A stretch of DNA of 64,000 nucleotides. It comes from Epiperipatus broadwayi. Lineage: Eukaryota; Animalia; Onychophora. Each line of letters opens with the position of its first letter. Positions within the stretch are counted from its first letter, which is position 1. The notes under the pieces were generated by a model. The model saw only the letters and a list, made by a program, of their open reading frames with translations, was not told the origin of the DNA and did no database searches. The stretch lies in NCBI GenBank assembly GCA_028023455.1, contig JAQFVV010000001.1:124001-188000 (forward strand). The letters are read 5' to 3'. Shown piece by piece: positions 62,520-64,000 of this stretch. Made by a program: the position numbers and the translations under genes.

Positions 62520-63215
62520 CACTTAATTTTTTTGATAATTTCATCAACAATATGAAGTTGGTTATAAGATTGAACCAATTAACAATACTTTATATCAATT
62601 TTAGAAAAAGTTATAATGGGTTAAAGGAGTTGAAGATTGATAGTAGAAAATGTTTTATCTATTCCATTTGTTTCAAATCCTCAAGTGAAATTTTTTAAGG
62701 ATTTATAGAAGAATGTGTTTAATGTTTCATTTTGTGTTACAAATAATGTTAATAAATTAGTGAATAATTCTAAAAATGCAATACCTGACAAGCAGAAAAG
62801 TAATATTGTGTACCAAATTTTTTGTGGATGTATGTTATCAAATATAGGTGAATCGAGATGTAGCATTGAAAAGAGATTAAAGGAGCATGAATTGTTATAT
62901 AAGCATATGAAAAGTAAAAATAATAGTGATTTAATCACTGTCAGTTTTCTTAGATCATGAAAGGATATTGAAAATGTTAAGATTCTTTATGAAGAGAAAA
63001 ACCATAAAAAAAGAAAAATTAAGGAGGCTATTTTAATAAATAGGAATAAAATGAAGTTAATTAATAGACAAGTTGCTATCATTAAAATTTGGGATTCATA
63101 GAATTTTAGTTGATGACATTTGCTTCCATTTTGTTTTTTGAACTTAATGGCAGTTGAGGCAGGTTAAGGAATTAATAAAAAGTACTTCTGCAAATTGAAA
63201 GAGTATATAATAGTT
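62520..63215 (+). mobile_element. Inverted partial copy of the same PLE (EN plus terminal HHR-like motif at 63150-63191)
   Basis: Reverse complement of 59720-60132 joined to 61150-61470; track ORF 62715-62960 reads KQKSNIVYQIFCGC..IGESRCSIEKRLKEH. Confidence 0.85.
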
Positions 63216-64000
63216 TATTACCATTATATATATATATATATTTTATTGTTATTATATATATAGTGATTATTTGAATTTGAGACAAACTGGGTATTTCTCA
63301 AGTATTACATATATGAATTATAAATGTATAAGTTTGTAACTGTTAAAACTTTTAATATCTTTTCTAATTTTTTTTCATTATTGCAGACCTCATAATTTAT
63401 ATTATGCAAGTAAAAAGCTGAAAATGTTTTCATGTTGTTTATCAACAAAAGTGGGTGCACCCAAAAGTATTAATCAAAAATTATATTTTTGAACTATTTG
63501 TGATTTTAGGTCCTTTTATGTCTGTGCTAAATTTTAAGAAGCTACTACTTAATTACTTTTCATATACTTTGGTTGTTGTTGTTTTTTGCTCTTTTTTTTT
63601 TTTTTATACAAATGAGTTTGTTTGTTTTTTAAAAAAAAAAAACAACAGTTGACTAACATTTGATTCTGTCATTACAAATATATTAATGTGTTTTTATGCT
63701 GCTTTTTCACCATTAGACTGTAATATTAAATAGTTATTATATTCACATTGGTTTTATGCTTTAATAAAAAAAAGAATGTGCTTATAATTTTAAAATATTA
63801 ATAAAATAAGCCTTATTTTGTGAATTATTAAGTATCTTCAAATTTATATGGTAATTACATAATTAAAGTTACTTTTGGAATTGTTTTTGACTAAACTAAT
63901 TTTTTTAAAAAATATTGTATATACTGCCAATACAAAGAGATGAAAATATGACATTGTGACGGAAACTCACTATTATAGCTTCTGAAATTAAATATTGCTA

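Noticed and set aside
63387-63420. Strong acceptor (TTGCAG) as exon 2 of the GRXCR-like gene
   Set aside because: Phase 0 gives ACC TCA TAA (a stop), and no frame encodes the expected GKVVxYTTS glutaredoxin start.
915-63652. Most short ORFs in the supplied track (e.g. 915-1289, 4915-5097, 15105-15305, 20579-20764, 42866-43048, 63455-63652)
   Set aside because: Low-complexity AT-rich or antisense frames of repeats, often with non-ATG starts and no protein motifs.

Overview
A very AT-rich, CpG-depleted eukaryotic window, probably from an arthropod. It holds the 3' part of a spliced aspartylglucosaminidase gene (AGA; five coding exons from 1693 to 17660, catalytic Thr intact, possible stop-only terminal exon at 22694). 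It also holds the first coding exon of a glutaredoxin-domain cysteine-rich protein gene (GRXCR/CG31559-like, 52460-53023). The rest is mostly transposon relics: Penelope-like elements (PLEs), RTE LINEs, a 3.2-kb hAT element, a Charlie-type MITE and a retroposed tRNA-Gly. The main signal is invisible in the ORF track: more than a dozen type I hammerhead ribozyme (HHR) motifs with palindromic stem III. Most sit in two unrelated non-coding retrozyme-like families, A (~408-nt monomer) and B (~420-428-nt monomer). These occur as partial tandem arrays, with 13-14 bp target-site duplications (TSDs) and recurrent head-to-head inversions. Other HHRs sit at PLE 3' ends, including apparent U3-A8 and A3-U8 compensatory core variants and one placed behind a tRNA-like Pol III head. 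HHR retrozymes are an established class. Whether these specific families are undescribed, and whether they cleave, needs database searches and assays. All coordinates were counted by hand.
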